In this document: piece by piece, positions 34,060-44,009 of the stretch
Position numbering within the stretch: the first letter of the stretch is position 1
Layout: the number at the start of each line of letters is the position of its first letter
From: a virus
Taxonomy: Duplodnaviria; Caudoviricetes
DNA length: 56,310 nt
Strand: one strand, 5' to 3'
IMG/VR virus record: IMGVR_UViG_3300044617_001003
Location: 1-56,310 of that record
Notes under the pieces: generated by a model
Databases searched by the model: none
The model's input: the letters and a program-made list of their open reading frames with translations, nothing else
What the model was told of the DNA's origin: nothing
Program-made: the position numbers and the translations under genes

Positions 34060-34829
34060 CAGTCAACCACCACTGCGCATATCGTTGTCTTTGTGACTTG
34101 TATCTGGCCGCCGACGCACTGAACGTCGGTGACGACTTCGATGTTTTCGCACGGCGGCGGGGGTGGCGGCGGCGAGCCGCTGCTAGACGAGCCACTGCTG
34201 CCGGGCGATCCGCTGCTCGACGGCTCGCTGCTGCCGGACGAGCCGCTGCCCGAAGACCCGCTGCCCGAAGACCCGCTGCCTGAAGACGATGAGTAACTGC
34301 TGCCCGACGACGAGTAACTGCTATCAGAAGGCTCGCTACCGCTGCTGGACGACGACGACGGCGGCGGCCCGCAGTCGCACGACATGATTTGCAGAATCTT
34401 CCAGAAGAACTCGACTTCGTCGCCCCCGCTGCCGCCTCCGTACCTACTGTCACGAATCGCCTCGACGACCGTGCCCGTCGGGGCCGGCGCGTTGATGTTC
34501 AACTGCTTGACGAGATTGTAGACCCTTACGGAGTTCGATACGTCAAACAGTTCTTCGTCGGCGAGGCCGTTCTCAACGTCCTCGAACGCAAGGCAGTCGA
34601 CATCGGTGATGCGAACCTCGACGCCGAAGGCGCTCAGGCACGGCGCGAGGCTGCCGGTGAGCCTGAAGTATTTGCTGCCCTTCGGCCTCTGAGGCACGCT
34701 TTGCAATCGCACCGGCACGTTCGCGGATCCGCCGGCCCCGAGCGGCGTGCCGCTGGTGCGCGCGATGACATCGCGAAGTTTGTCGCGAAGCCCGGGGCCG
34801 ATCAAGTATCGCTCTGGCCTCTGAGCCAT
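34059..34829 (-). CDS. tail protein with long Ser/Gly-rich tract
   Basis: About 60-aa S/G/P low-complexity tract between Cys residues. Confidence 0.75.
   Translation of the reverse strand: MAQRPERYLIGPGLRDKLRDVIARTSGTPLGAGGSANVPVRLQSVPQRPKGSKYFRLTGSLAPCLSAFGVEVRITDVDCLAFEDVENGLADEELFDVSNSVRVYNLVKQLNINAPAPTGTVVEAIRDSRYGGGSGGDEVEFFWKILQIMSCDCGPPPSSSSSSGSEPSDSSYSSSGSSYSSSSGSGSSGSGSSGSGSSGSSEPSSSGSPGSSGSSSSGSPPPPPPPCENIEVVTDVQCVGGQIQVTKTTICAVVVD
34243..34287. repeat. 15-bp coding tandem repeat (SSGSG)
   Basis: CCGCTGCCCGAAGAC x3, one mismatch. Confidence 0.85.
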
Positions 34830-35923
34830 CAGAACAGCCTCAGTCCGAGCGTGTTGAAGTCGTATTCCCTGTAGATCCGATACCGCCAGACGAGAACCTT
34901 TGGGTTGGCGCTCTCGGACAGCGGGTATCCGTCTGATGTGAGCGGGACAGGCTGCGCAGAAGGAACCTGCGAGGCGCCGCCATTTTCGTACTCGAACACC
35001 CTGACCATGGCTCTAACTTTTTCGTTGGGGTCGATCCCCTCCGGGAGTGCGAGCGGGGTCTTGATTTTTCCATTCTCGTGACGGAGCGGCTGGCCAAAGC
35101 GGTCGATGAACGCAGCGGCGGCGTTGGGATTGAAAGACTTGACGTTGAAACCCGTGACAGGGATGGCAACATCCCAGCCGATGTCCACTTCCCGCATTAC
35201 GCCGCTTTCGCCAGTAATGAATGCTGGGTTCTCTTTGTAGAGAAACTCGTAGGTCGCCGACCAGCCGCGAAAGATCCCACTGCCCCACGCCTCGACGACA
35301 GGCGACGACTGAATGGACCGCAGCAAGACGGTGGCCCTTGGGAATGTCCGGCCGCCGATCCTCATTTCATTGCTATTGATTCGCCCCACGGCGTAGGTTT
35401 TCGCCAGCGGATCGAGTGTTTGCGGCTGCACGACAGAAATGGTGACAATCGGCTCAAGCCGCACGACGCCGTCGTACATATCTCCGACGGGGTTCGCCGC
35501 AGCCGTTGCGCCATTTAGCGTCTCATCGTCGTTCACGAACCGCCACGTTCGGACGGGCGACTCGTAGGTGGCGACGCTCGTCGTCCAGTTGGCGGGCCTG
35601 ATCTCCGGCGCGCCTCCTCCACCCCCCCCGCCGCTGCCACCCCCACCCCCGCTCGAAGCCCTGGTCGCGTAGTTGAACGTGGCCAGCAGAACCATGCGGC
35701 TCTCGCCGTCAAATCTGCCCTCGAACGATTGGCAGAAGATCCCGGGATTCGACGGGTGCTGGTCGCCGACATAGACACCACAGACGCCCTGGAAATCGAC
35801 GTACTCGCCCGGCTCATCGAGAACGATCCGAAAAACCCTGGTCAGGGAGTCGGCAATCGCCCCCTCGTTCGACGAGCGGGTAAACTGTGCCCCTGTGGCG
35901 ATTTCAGATACTGCCTGCGGCAT
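34829..35923 (-). CDS. putative tail tip / minor tail protein
   Basis: Position after the tape measure; G..HP..P..FC motif. Confidence 0.65.
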   Translation of the reverse strand: MPQAVSEIATGAQFTRSSNEGAIADSLTRVFRIVLDEPGEYVDFQGVCGVYVGDQHPSNPGIFCQSFEGRFDGESRMVLLATFNYATRASSGGGGGSGGGGGGGAPEIRPANWTTSVATYESPVRTWRFVNDDETLNGATAAANPVGDMYDGVVRLEPIVTISVVQPQTLDPLAKTYAVGRINSNEMRIGGRTFPRATVLLRSIQSSPVVEAWGSGIFRGWSATYEFLYKENPAFITGESGVMREVDIGWDVAIPVTGFNVKSFNPNAAAAFIDRFGQPLRHENGKIKTPLALPEGIDPNEKVRAMVRVFEYENGGASQVPSAQPVPLTSDGYPLSESANPKVLVWRYRIYREYDFNTLGLRLF

Positions 35924-35925
35924 GA

Positions 35926-36294
35926 TCAGCCCTCTGTGATGTCGACGCGAAGCCTGGCGCCTGTCGTTCCCTTGGCTTCGTACTCAGTGCCGCTGGCGAG
36001 CCTGAGCAGCGCGGCCTCGCCGGCGCGCAGCGTTGCGAAACTCAGAAACGATCCGCCAGCATCGACGCCTATGGCGCAGGTCGACGCGGTGTGCGTCGAT
36101 AAGTTTCTCATGTACGCCAGACCTACGGCCCCGAGATTTGCCGTGCTTAGGCCAACGGCGGTGGACGAGAGCGTGTAGGTCTCGCTGCGGAGACCCGTCA
36201 GGTTCATGTTCGCGGTAACGCCGCTGACGCTCACCGTGTTGTCGAGGTTGTCCTTCGAGACGCGAAGTGATACTGAATAAGTGATGTCTGCCAT
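35926..36294 (-). CDS. hypothetical virion protein
   Basis: AAGGA RBS; beta-rich, with Y.RNL motif. Confidence 0.7.
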   Translation of the reverse strand: MADITYSVSLRVSKDNLDNTVSVSGVTANMNLTGLRSETYTLSSTAVGLSTANLGAVGLAYMRNLSTHTASTCAIGVDAGGSFLSFATLRAGEAALLRLASGTEYEAKGTTGARLRVDITEG

Positions 36295-36303
36295 GCTGCT
36301 TCC

Positions 36304-39300
36304 TTACAGGTTCAGGACACCGGGCGGTGCGCCGTTTTCTCGTGCGATCCGAACAAGTTCTTCGAGGCTGGACGACTGCTTCTGCAGTTCGACGAGGTCT
36401 TGGTTCCTGGCCGAGTCGTCGCCGCGCAGGAGCCGGTTGAGTTCGGCGGCCCCCTGAGCCGTCGTTACGTCGCTGGCCTGGAGCGCCGCTCGCGACGGCC
36501 CTTGCAGGACGGCGTTCTGGACTTGGTCGGCGAGGCCGAAGATGGCTGGGGCTGCGGATCGAAACGATTCACCTATCAACCGCTGCTGGTCTGCGGCGAG
36601 GTCTTGCGGGTTGCCGATCTGGCCGGCATCGAAAGCGGCCTGAAGATCGCGGAGGTTCCGGCCAAGTTCTCGGCCAGCCCTCTCGGCTGGACTGAGGGCG
36701 AGTTCGCGGCCACGGGCCTCGGCATTTTGCCGCTCCGCAATCGCGTTGGCTTCGTCTCTCGCCGCGATCGCCGAAGGGTCGGCCTGCGCGGCGGCGTCAA
36801 CCTGATCCTGCAGACGGCGTCGCTCCGCAATCAGCGCGTCGCTGTTTGCGGCATTGCCTGCCAAGAGCGACTCGTTGATCTCTCTGATTCGGCGCAGAGA
36901 CTCCGAGTTCGGGTCGACATCCCGCTCGATCCGCGTCCTGGCTGCGGTAACGGCATCCTGAACGCGAGCATCGGCAGCCCTCTGCTCGTCAAGGTCTCGG
37001 CGTGCCCTGTCAGCGTCAATCCGGTCGGCGTTGGCAGCCCCAGGCGCGGCGACCGCACGACGGGCCTCTTCCTCTCGCTGGGCGGCGGCCTGCACGTTTG
37101 CAGCCGACTCCTGAGCGGCCTTGTCGAGAGCCTCGGCAAAACGAGACAGCGCAACTGTGGCGGCCTCGACGGCAGCGGCCTGCTCGGCCAGACTCTGCAG
37201 TTGGGCCTGGGCCGCCTCCCTGACGACAGCATCCCTCGGGGACGCCTTCAGCGATTCTTCGACAGTCGTCCTCTCGGCCTCGATCTCCCGGAGCCGTCTG
37301 GCGAAGGCGCCGGAGCCGAAACCGCTTGACTGAAGCGCTGCCGCAGCACGTTCGGCGATAGCGGCTGGAGTGCCCTGCGGATCGACCGTTGACCTGATGC
37401 GGAGAGCCCTGGCGGCCTGTGTCGCTGCGTCCCGCTCGGCACGGCTTGCGTCAATCTTTGCCGTCTCTTCGGCGACGATGCGATTCCTCTCCGAGTCGTC
37501 GATCCTGCCCCTCGACAGGTCTTCGTTTGCCCTGGAGATTCGCTTCTCGGAGGCCTGAATGCCTTCGGCGAGGGCGTCGAGAGACCCCTGAATGGCGACC
37601 GCCTCGGGGATTCCGCGCTGAAGTGCGGCTGCGGCGTTCTCCTGCGCGGTGGCCAAGGACTGCGACGCGCTCTTGAGCGACTTGAAGAAGTCCGCAAGAT
37701 CGCCTTCGCCTTGCAGCCTGAGCCGAAGTTGCTCAAGTTCGAGAATCGCCTGATTGGCCGCCTGCGCGGCGGCCGTTTCAAAGCCAAATGCCGTCTGGTT
37801 GCCAATTGGCGACAGTTGGTCGATGAGATCCTGAATGCCGCTGGACTGCGCGGCGCGGTCGGCTGGCGAGTCCCCGAGCGGAAGCCCACGGGCGATGATC
37901 TGCGCCCGGCCGGCTGCCGCCCGAAGCAGCGGGCTCGCGTCGTATCCGAAGGCGGCGCCGGCCGACTCGCCGAGCCTGCCGGTCGCAATGGCGTCGACGG
38001 TCCCGGTGATGCCCTGAATGTTCCTTCTCGCCCGATCAAGGGCAGTGCCGACTCCGGCTACTGCGCCGGAAACGTCAGCGCCTGATGGCTGCCCGAGCGA
38101 GAGAAGCCTTTCTTCGTCTTGCGAAATGCGCCTCGCGAGTAGCGCCCGTTGGCGCCGGATGGCGATGGCCCTGCCCGGCGAGGAGGCCTCTTCCTGCTGC
38201 TGCGCAAGCCGCTCGTCCTGCGACAGTCGGCGGACGCCAGCAATGTCCGTCGTCAGGAGGGACGCGCCCTGGAGTTCTCGCTGCTGACGAACGATCTTCT
38301 CAAGCGAATCCGCGAACTCGCTGGCCGATCGCGCTGCCTCAGAGAAAGCCGCCGACCCGAGGTTGCCAAAAGACTCTACGCTCTGCGCGACTTGCGATGC
38401 GAGGTTCTTCTGACGCTCAAAAGCCTTGCCAAGCGCCTTGCTCGTCTCCTCCGCTTCCTTCGCCGCCGTGACGTACCGGAGCAGCGCGCTGACAACCTGA
38501 CCGCCAATGACAACGCCAAGGCCGATTGCAAGGCCGGTGGTTGCCGAGAGTCCGGGGATGATTCCGGACTGCCCGAGAAGCAGGCCGAGTTGCGTGATGT
38601 TGTTGCCGATCGCACGAAGGCGGTACTCAAGCCCGCCCGTCGCCGAAATCAGATCGTCGATGGCGAAAAGCCCCTGCTGCGCCGCCAGTTGCGCCACGGC
38701 GGCGCTGCCGACTCCAAAAGAACCCCTGTTCTTTAGCCCTCTTTCGGCTATGGCCCTGGCGCGGTCACGGCTAATGCCAATCGCGCCGCCCTCTCGGGAC
38801 GCATCAGATACCGTGTCAATAAATGCATCACTTCGCTGCCTTGCCGCGAACTCGACAGCGCGCCTGGCGCGGTTCCTGCTTTCCTCGCTCTTGAACTTTC
38901 CGTCGGCGATCTTCTGCTGCTTGGCGGCGAGTTTCTCAAAGAACTTCAGGTCTCGGTCGATTGCCTGCTCGACTGTTCTGCGGCCAGAAATGTTTCCTGC
39001 CTCGAAGTTTCCGGCCAACTGTCGCCCGGTAGAGATGAAACTTGCCGCGCGCTCAAGGTCGGCGCCGAGTTTGTCGCTGCGGCTGCCGGAGATGGAGAGA
39101 AACTGGTCGAACCGCTTTCTGGCAGTCTCCGCTGACTTGAGTTTTGACTCAAATGCGTCGAGTTCTGGAAGCAGCGCTGCCAGTTTTGCTCTGTAGTTGT
39201 CTAACCCCTGCGCGCCTGCGGCCGTCGTCTTTGCATCGAATGCTGAACGGAGTGTCGAGTTTGCGTCGGCGGCCAGTTTCCTGATTTTGTCGAACTCTCC

Positions 39301-40659
39301 GGCTACGCCGGCGCTCTTGAGGTCTTTGACCCTCGAAGAAAGATCATCGAAACGCCCCGCGACGCTTCTGTTGAACTCCTCTCGCGACAGGGCGATGTCT
39401 TCCCGAAGGTTCACTGCGGCAACGGACGCCTGTCGCCTTCTGCCGAGGATCGGGCTAGCGCCGATGATGTTGTTTCGCTGAGTTTGGGCGTCGCGCCTGA
39501 TCTTGTCGATCGTCCTTTCTGATTCAGTTCTGATCAGCGCGTCAGCCTTGTCGAAACCGCTTCTCCCGAAAGCCTTCGTCGCGTCTGCGGCTGCCAGCGC
39601 CTCGATGGCCTGCTTCGCCCGCTTCGCCGAGACCTCGCTGCGGTTGAGTTGCTCGATGACCCGGCCGACAGATGAGATCAGCCCGTCAAACCTCTGATCG
39701 TCGCCGTCTCGAAGTTTTGCCGACAGCGAGGACAACTTTTCGGTGAGTTTGTCGACCTGAGACGCGGCCTGCGGGGAGACAATCTGGCGGATGCTCGCGC
39801 TGCGGAGTTCTCGGTCAAAAAGGCTATTGATCGTCTCCTGGCGAGAGACCTCGCTGTCGAGCCTCTGCTGGGCGATGCCGCGAAACTGCAACTGTCGCGG
39901 CGTGACAGCGCGTCCGTTTCGCTCGGTGTTCGCGATAATCAGTTGCGCCCGGGCCACCCGGGCCGCAGCCCTGGCCACTCGCTCGGCGCTCTCCTCGGCC
40001 TGCACGGCGATGTCGGCGAATACATCCGACCGGAAGGCCGCCGGCACGGCCTGGGCGCGGTTTCGCAGGTCAAGCGACCGCTGGAGCGAGTCTCTTGCCC
40101 TGGCCTGGAAGAACGACCCACCCGTATTGTTGGCATTGAGGGCGTCGGCCAGCCGGCCAAAGTCGCCTGCGGCTGCCGTCGCCCGGCCGAGAGCCACGAT
40201 TCTGGCACGCAGGTTGTCGATCCGCTGCTCGGCGGCCGAGATCGTCGTCGTGCCAGAGCCGATTTCACGATACAGCCGCTGAAACCCTCCCTGAATCCGG
40301 TTGAGTTCCGGCGTCAGTTGGGACTGCAGGGCGTTCGACAGCCGCTCGACCTGATTTTTGACATCGGTCAGCGGCCTGCCGACATCCTCGAACGCTCGCA
40401 ACTGCTGCCGCAGCCGGCCCGGATCTGGAAGGCCAGCGCCGAGCCCCTGCCGCTGGAGGTTCTGAATCTCCCGCAGCGTCCGCTGGAACCGCTGGAGTTG
40501 CGTCAGCGTGCCGTTTAGGGCACGGTTGTCGAGATTGAACTGCAGCCCACGAGCCTGCTGGGCGAACTGATTCAGTTCACGGCGTGCTGTGCCGATCTGG
40601 CGACTGAAGTCCTGCGTGTTCGCAGTCAGGACAGCCGAGATTTTGCCGAGCAGTGCCAT
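36304..40659 (-). CDS. tail tape measure protein
   Basis: 1451 aa, Ala/Arg-rich and helical, with a central TM-like segment; follows the chaperone pair. Confidence 0.88.
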   Translation of the reverse strand: MALLGKISAVLTANTQDFSRQIGTARRELNQFAQQARGLQFNLDNRALNGTLTQLQRFQRTLREIQNLQRQGLGAGLPDPGRLRQQLRAFEDVGRPLTDVKNQVERLSNALQSQLTPELNRIQGGFQRLYREIGSGTTTISAAEQRIDNLRARIVALGRATAAAGDFGRLADALNANNTGGSFFQARARDSLQRSLDLRNRAQAVPAAFRSDVFADIAVQAEESAERVARAAARVARAQLIIANTERNGRAVTPRQLQFRGIAQQRLDSEVSRQETINSLFDRELRSASIRQIVSPQAASQVDKLTEKLSSLSAKLRDGDDQRFDGLISSVGRVIEQLNRSEVSAKRAKQAIEALAAADATKAFGRSGFDKADALIRTESERTIDKIRRDAQTQRNNIIGASPILGRRRQASVAAVNLREDIALSREEFNRSVAGRFDDLSSRVKDLKSAGVAGEFDKIRKLAADANSTLRSAFDAKTTAAGAQGLDNYRAKLAALLPELDAFESKLKSAETARKRFDQFLSISGSRSDKLGADLERAASFISTGRQLAGNFEAGNISGRRTVEQAIDRDLKFFEKLAAKQQKIADGKFKSEESRNRARRAVEFAARQRSDAFIDTVSDASREGGAIGISRDRARAIAERGLKNRGSFGVGSAAVAQLAAQQGLFAIDDLISATGGLEYRLRAIGNNITQLGLLLGQSGIIPGLSATTGLAIGLGVVIGGQVVSALLRYVTAAKEAEETSKALGKAFERQKNLASQVAQSVESFGNLGSAAFSEAARSASEFADSLEKIVRQQRELQGASLLTTDIAGVRRLSQDERLAQQQEEASSPGRAIAIRRQRALLARRISQDEERLLSLGQPSGADVSGAVAGVGTALDRARRNIQGITGTVDAIATGRLGESAGAAFGYDASPLLRAAAGRAQIIARGLPLGDSPADRAAQSSGIQDLIDQLSPIGNQTAFGFETAAAQAANQAILELEQLRLRLQGEGDLADFFKSLKSASQSLATAQENAAAALQRGIPEAVAIQGSLDALAEGIQASEKRISRANEDLSRGRIDDSERNRIVAEETAKIDASRAERDAATQAARALRIRSTVDPQGTPAAIAERAAAALQSSGFGSGAFARRLREIEAERTTVEESLKASPRDAVVREAAQAQLQSLAEQAAAVEAATVALSRFAEALDKAAQESAANVQAAAQREEEARRAVAAPGAANADRIDADRARRDLDEQRAADARVQDAVTAARTRIERDVDPNSESLRRIREINESLLAGNAANSDALIAERRRLQDQVDAAAQADPSAIAARDEANAIAERQNAEARGRELALSPAERAGRELGRNLRDLQAAFDAGQIGNPQDLAADQQRLIGESFRSAAPAIFGLADQVQNAVLQGPSRAALQASDVTTAQGAAELNRLLRGDDSARNQDLVELQKQSSSLEELVRIARENGAPPGVLNL

Positions 40660-40663
40660 TTTG

Positions 40664-40966
40664 TTACTTCAGTTTCGCCAGTTCAGCCCACATCTCTTCC
40701 TGAGTCTGGTGCGGCCGTACCACTGACGGGACGAAGATTTTCTCTTCAGGCACCCGCTTGTAGTTGCCGCTCGCCGCCATGATGGTTCGGCAGATTCGTG
40801 CCGTTTGCCACCAATGGTCAGGGAGCGGCCACCTCTGGTCGTAGGCGAACCACTCGCTCAGTTCTTCGGAGTCAATCTCACTCAACAGCCTCTTGACGGT
40901 CATGCCAAGCGCGAGCGCTAGGCGGAAATAGAATCTCCGCTCAGGTCGCTCGGTGAATCTTTTCCC
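40664..40966 (-). CDS. tail assembly chaperone, frameshifted (gpGT-like) C-terminal part
   Basis: The -1 frame after G GGA AAA reads GKRFTERPERRFYFRLALALGMTV...ELSEWFAY. Confidence 0.8.
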   Translation of the reverse strand, partial: GKRFTERPERRFYFRLALALGMTVKRLLSEIDSEELSEWFAYDQRWPLPDHWWQTARICRTIMAASGNYKRVPEEKIFVPSVVRPHQTQEEMWAELAKLK

Positions 40967-41292
40967 AGGCCTTCCACAGCCTCCTGCGTAAAGGCGTTGT
41001 GTGCCCAGGCCTTCTCGAACAGCCGGTTGATGACGACGCTCGACTTCTTGCCGAGCGCATCGGTGTCGTCGTCCGAGAACAGGCGTTCGCCGGAGTCGTC
41101 GCACAGCGTCAGGACGAGGAACCGGACGCGGAACGACTTCATCTTCTGCTCGGCGTAGGACTCCTCGAACGCGTCTCGCTCAAGGCCGGAGAGCGTCTTG
41201 ACGAACACATCGCCCTTCCATTCCGGCACCGGAATGGCATCACTGAGTCGAACGTCCTTCGCCGCGAGGATTGCAGTCTTGCTGAGAGCCAT
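40918..41292 (-). CDS. tail assembly chaperone (gpG-like)
   Basis: VPEW.G.V.V..LSG.ERD, LCD..G.RLF motifs. Confidence 0.85.
   Translation of the reverse strand: MALSKTAILAAKDVRLSDAIPVPEWKGDVFVKTLSGLERDAFEESYAEQKMKSFRVRFLVLTLCDDSGERLFSDDDTDALGKKSSVVINRLFEKAWAHNAFTQEAVEGLGKDSPSDLSGDSISA
40960..40966 (-). other. programmed -1 ribosomal frameshift site GGGAAAA
   Basis: XXXYYYZ heptamer in the correct phase at the G/T overlap. Confidence 0.8.
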
Positions 41293-41308
41293 GGGATTCC
41301 TTTGTCGT

Positions 41309-41671
41309 TTATGTGAGGTTGATCAAAAAAGACGCCTGCCCGCGAATAACGTCACCAACAGCCATCTCGTGCGTGAGGGACTCCACGGCGGCCAACTTGG
41401 TGATGTTGATACTCGGAGACGCTATTGAGAGAGTCCCGGTGGCCCCCTGCATGAACAGCGGGGCAGGCGTGGTCGCAGTCCGGATGAACTCGATCGACAC
41501 CTTGGGCGCCGTGAGAATGGCGCCGGTGGCAACCAGCCGCCGGTAGCCCACGGGGTCGGCGATGGCCGTCATGTCGACGACCTCGCTCTGCGCCTCCTCT
41601 ATCGAGATAGAGGTGACGTTCGCGGAAAAACCGCTGAACGAAAAAGTCGTGCCATGCGACGAGATCGCCAC
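41309..41671 (-). CDS. tail tube-like protein 2
   Basis: Paralog of 41695-42027 (SS.G.TF.F, VGD..RG.A.F). Confidence 0.65.
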   Translation of the reverse strand: MAISSHGTTFSFSGFSANVTSISIEEAQSEVVDMTAIADPVGYRRLVATGAILTAPKVSIEFIRTATTPAPLFMQGATGTLSIASPSINITKLAAVESLTHEMAVGDVIRGQASFLINLT

Positions 41672-41694
41672 TGCCGCCTCCCGTCACGCATTGG

Positions 41695-42027
41695 TCAGGC
41701 GAGCCGGAAGGTGGCAGAGCCTCGCACGAAGTCGCCCACCGAGCCGCCGATGCTGGCCGTCGAGCAGGTCGCGGTGCCGCTGATCGAAAACGGCCCCGAG
41801 ATGCTGAGTTGCCCAGACACGCCGGCAGTGAGGATCGTGGTCGAGATGTAGTCGATCTGCACCTCGCGCTCGGTGGCGAAGCCGCCGATAAACACACGCC
41901 GCGCGTTCGGGGCGATGCCAAGGTGGGTCGCGTCGAGGAGGTCTTGCGAGTCATTGACCTGCACAGAAGTCACGGTGATGGTGCTGCCACCGAACGTGAA
42001 CGTCATTCCCTGTGACGAAACGGACAT
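41695..42027 (-). CDS. tail tube-like protein 1 (major tail protein candidate)
   Basis: Follows the terminator gene; strong AAGGAGG RBS; D.THL motif. Confidence 0.7.
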   Translation of the reverse strand: MSVSSQGMTFTFGGSTITVTSVQVNDSQDLLDATHLGIAPNARRVFIGGFATEREVQIDYISTTILTAGVSGQLSISGPFSISGTATCSTASIGGSVGDFVRGSATFRLA

Positions 42028-42056
42028 TTGCGTGCGCCTCCTTGCGCGAGAGAGTG

Positions 42057-42485
42057 TTAGCCGGTAGCCTCAGTCCAACGAATCTGAAACAGTTGCCGCA
42101 CTTCGTAGGCTGGGGGCAGTTGCGCCCCGACCGCCGTGGGATCGAGGAAGTCGTCGACCTCGGAAACCAGCCTCATATCGTGTATTGTAACCCCAGAGAG
42201 TGTGCCGGTGTGGCCATCCAAGGCCAGCCGAACCTCGTCTGCCAACTCCTTCGCGCCGTCGTAGGACAGAGACCACGAGGCCACCTGCATCGAGACCTCG
42301 GGCATGAAAAGCGGGGTGTTCGAGAGCGTGCCCTCGCGACGGACGTTCGCCCGCTTGTAGATGATGAACGGCATGGCGGCCCCCTTGGGCACGGCGATCG
42401 GGTAAATCTGGAACCCGACCAGCCGGGCCACGCCCGGGGCCGAAGTCAGCCGCGTGTAGATATGCCGTTCCGGCAGCAGAAGCAT
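42057..42485 (-). CDS. tail terminator/completion protein (DUF3168-like)
   Basis: V..LVG..IYP..P.....PFI.Y, A..LA..VR.ALDG. Confidence 0.85.
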   Translation of the reverse strand: MLLLPERHIYTRLTSAPGVARLVGFQIYPIAVPKGAAMPFIIYKRANVRREGTLSNTPLFMPEVSMQVASWSLSYDGAKELADEVRLALDGHTGTLSGVTIHDMRLVSEVDDFLDPTAVGAQLPPAYEVRQLFQIRWTEATG

Positions 42486-43207
42486 CAGAGAGCCCCCGAG
42501 ACTGCGGCGTTGATCGCGTCGATCAGCCCGTTGCGGATGATGCCCTGAACCTGGGTCCGCCGGGCGTTGATGGTGTTTTCCATGAGGTGATAGGCCGGCA
42601 TGGCACCGTAGTCCTCGCCCGGGTGCAGGGTGAACGGCCGGGGGCCGTCTCCGGCGTCCGGAAGGAAGTCGTGGGTGTACCCACGGCCGGCACGGGCCTG
42701 CCTCGTCGGCTCCCGCCACGAGGACATCAGGAAGTAGTACCCACGGCCGCGCCTCGAAAAATCGTCGCTGTCTTCGAGTTTGGCCACCTTGGTCATGCGG
42801 CGGTTGATGATCTGGTGGACGTTGACGTAGGTCTTGCGGGTTCCGCGAGACTGCGGTCGGCGGCGGCCGTTTGACCCAAATTCCACCAGCCAACTGTGAT
42901 TCCCGCTTGCAACCTCGCCGGTGGCCCCCTGGTTGCCGGTGTGCCTTGGGCCGGCGATGGCGACAGTGACGCCGGGGCGGTAGGTCCGCACCTTGCTCGT
43001 GGTGCTGCGGGCGAGGTTCCCGGTGGCGTCGTGCCTCGCCGCTGCCGCCCGGTAGGTGTTGACGATCGGCCGAGCCGCCCGCCTCATGATGGCTTCGAGT
43101 GTCGTGCCGGCGGCCAGGATGCCGGCGACGTTCTCCAGTGTGTCGATGACGGGCTCGACCCCTCGAACGTCGATCCGAACGAAAGCGCGTGCGGCTGCGA
43201 GAGACAT
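42485..43207 (-). CDS. HK97 gp10-like neck protein
   Basis: TGNL.RS, HSWLVEFG, G.MPA..LM. Confidence 0.8.
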   Translation of the reverse strand: MSLAAARAFVRIDVRGVEPVIDTLENVAGILAAGTTLEAIMRRAARPIVNTYRAAAARHDATGNLARSTTSKVRTYRPGVTVAIAGPRHTGNQGATGEVASGNHSWLVEFGSNGRRRPQSRGTRKTYVNVHQIINRRMTKVAKLEDSDDFSRRGRGYYFLMSSWREPTRQARAGRGYTHDFLPDAGDGPRPFTLHPGEDYGAMPAYHLMENTINARRTQVQGIIRNGLIDAINAAVSGAL

Positions 43208-43521
43208 TACTGCACCTCTTTGGCGAGGATTTCCAGCGCGGTGCTGTTGTCCCTGGACACGACGCTGGCAATCTCCATCGTCTTGCCGTCGCAGATGAGC
43301 CTGTCGGTGTGGACAACGTCACTGCGGTAGCGAATGCGGATCTTGTGCGTGGCCACGACGTTTGCCTGCTGGGCCTGGAGGATGTCCCTTGAAGACAGCC
43401 CGTCAACGCTGCCCCAGACAGTCGCGACCGTGACCCACGACAGCGTGGTCTCGCCTGACGGGCTGCGAGACTCCGACGGCCGCTGAATGGTCACTCTGTC
43501 GCGGAGTTTGCCGATGTTCAC
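43207..43521 (-). CDS. head closure protein (SPP1 gp16-like)
   Basis: G.LR.RVTIQ, W.TVATVW.SV, THKIRIRYR. Confidence 0.9.
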   Translation of the reverse strand: MNIGKLRDRVTIQRPSESRSPSGETTLSWVTVATVWGSVDGLSSRDILQAQQANVVATHKIRIRYRSDVVHTDRLICDGKTMEIASVVSRDNSTALEILAKEVQ

Positions 43522-44006
43522 GAGATCGTGCCCTCGCCAATGAGGACGATTTCGTATGAGCCGGCAGTTTCAGTTGCGTTGAAGACGGCAATCCCGGCGG
43601 TGGCGCCTGCGGTCGACCATCCTGCGGCCCCCGGGGCGACCAGCGCGACCGCGCCTCCAGGGGGCACGAGGACGCCTCTTTCGGCGGCGAATGGGCCGGA
43701 AAACCAATCGCCGGCTCTGCCGAGTTCAAGTTCGACGGTGCCGGTGTTCTTGAAATAGACAGCCTTGAGGGCTGTCATCGCGATCGTCCCGCGATCGTCA
43801 GCGAAGCCGGAGAACGCATACGCCTCGTCGCCGTTATCCTGAACAGTCGCGGACGCGCTGAACGCGACCTGCGCCTGGTTCGCTCCAGTGCCGTCCGAGA
43901 ACGCGACGGCGTAGGTGGCGGGAGTTACTCGCATCTGCCTGGACAAGTCCCCACTCGACGACTCGTGGGCGACCATGGATAGGAGGACTTGGGCTGAAAG
44001 CGGCAT
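43518..44006 (-). CDS. hypothetical virion protein
   Basis: GTGANQA, YEIVLIG; paralog-like to 44010-44495. Confidence 0.75.
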   Translation of the reverse strand: MPLSAQVLLSMVAHESSSGDLSRQMRVTPATYAVAFSDGTGANQAQVAFSASATVQDNGDEAYAFSGFADDRGTIAMTALKAVYFKNTGTVELELGRAGDWFSGPFAAERGVLVPPGGAVALVAPGAAGWSTAGATAGIAVFNATETAGSYEIVLIGEGTIS

Positions 44007-44009
44007 CGG

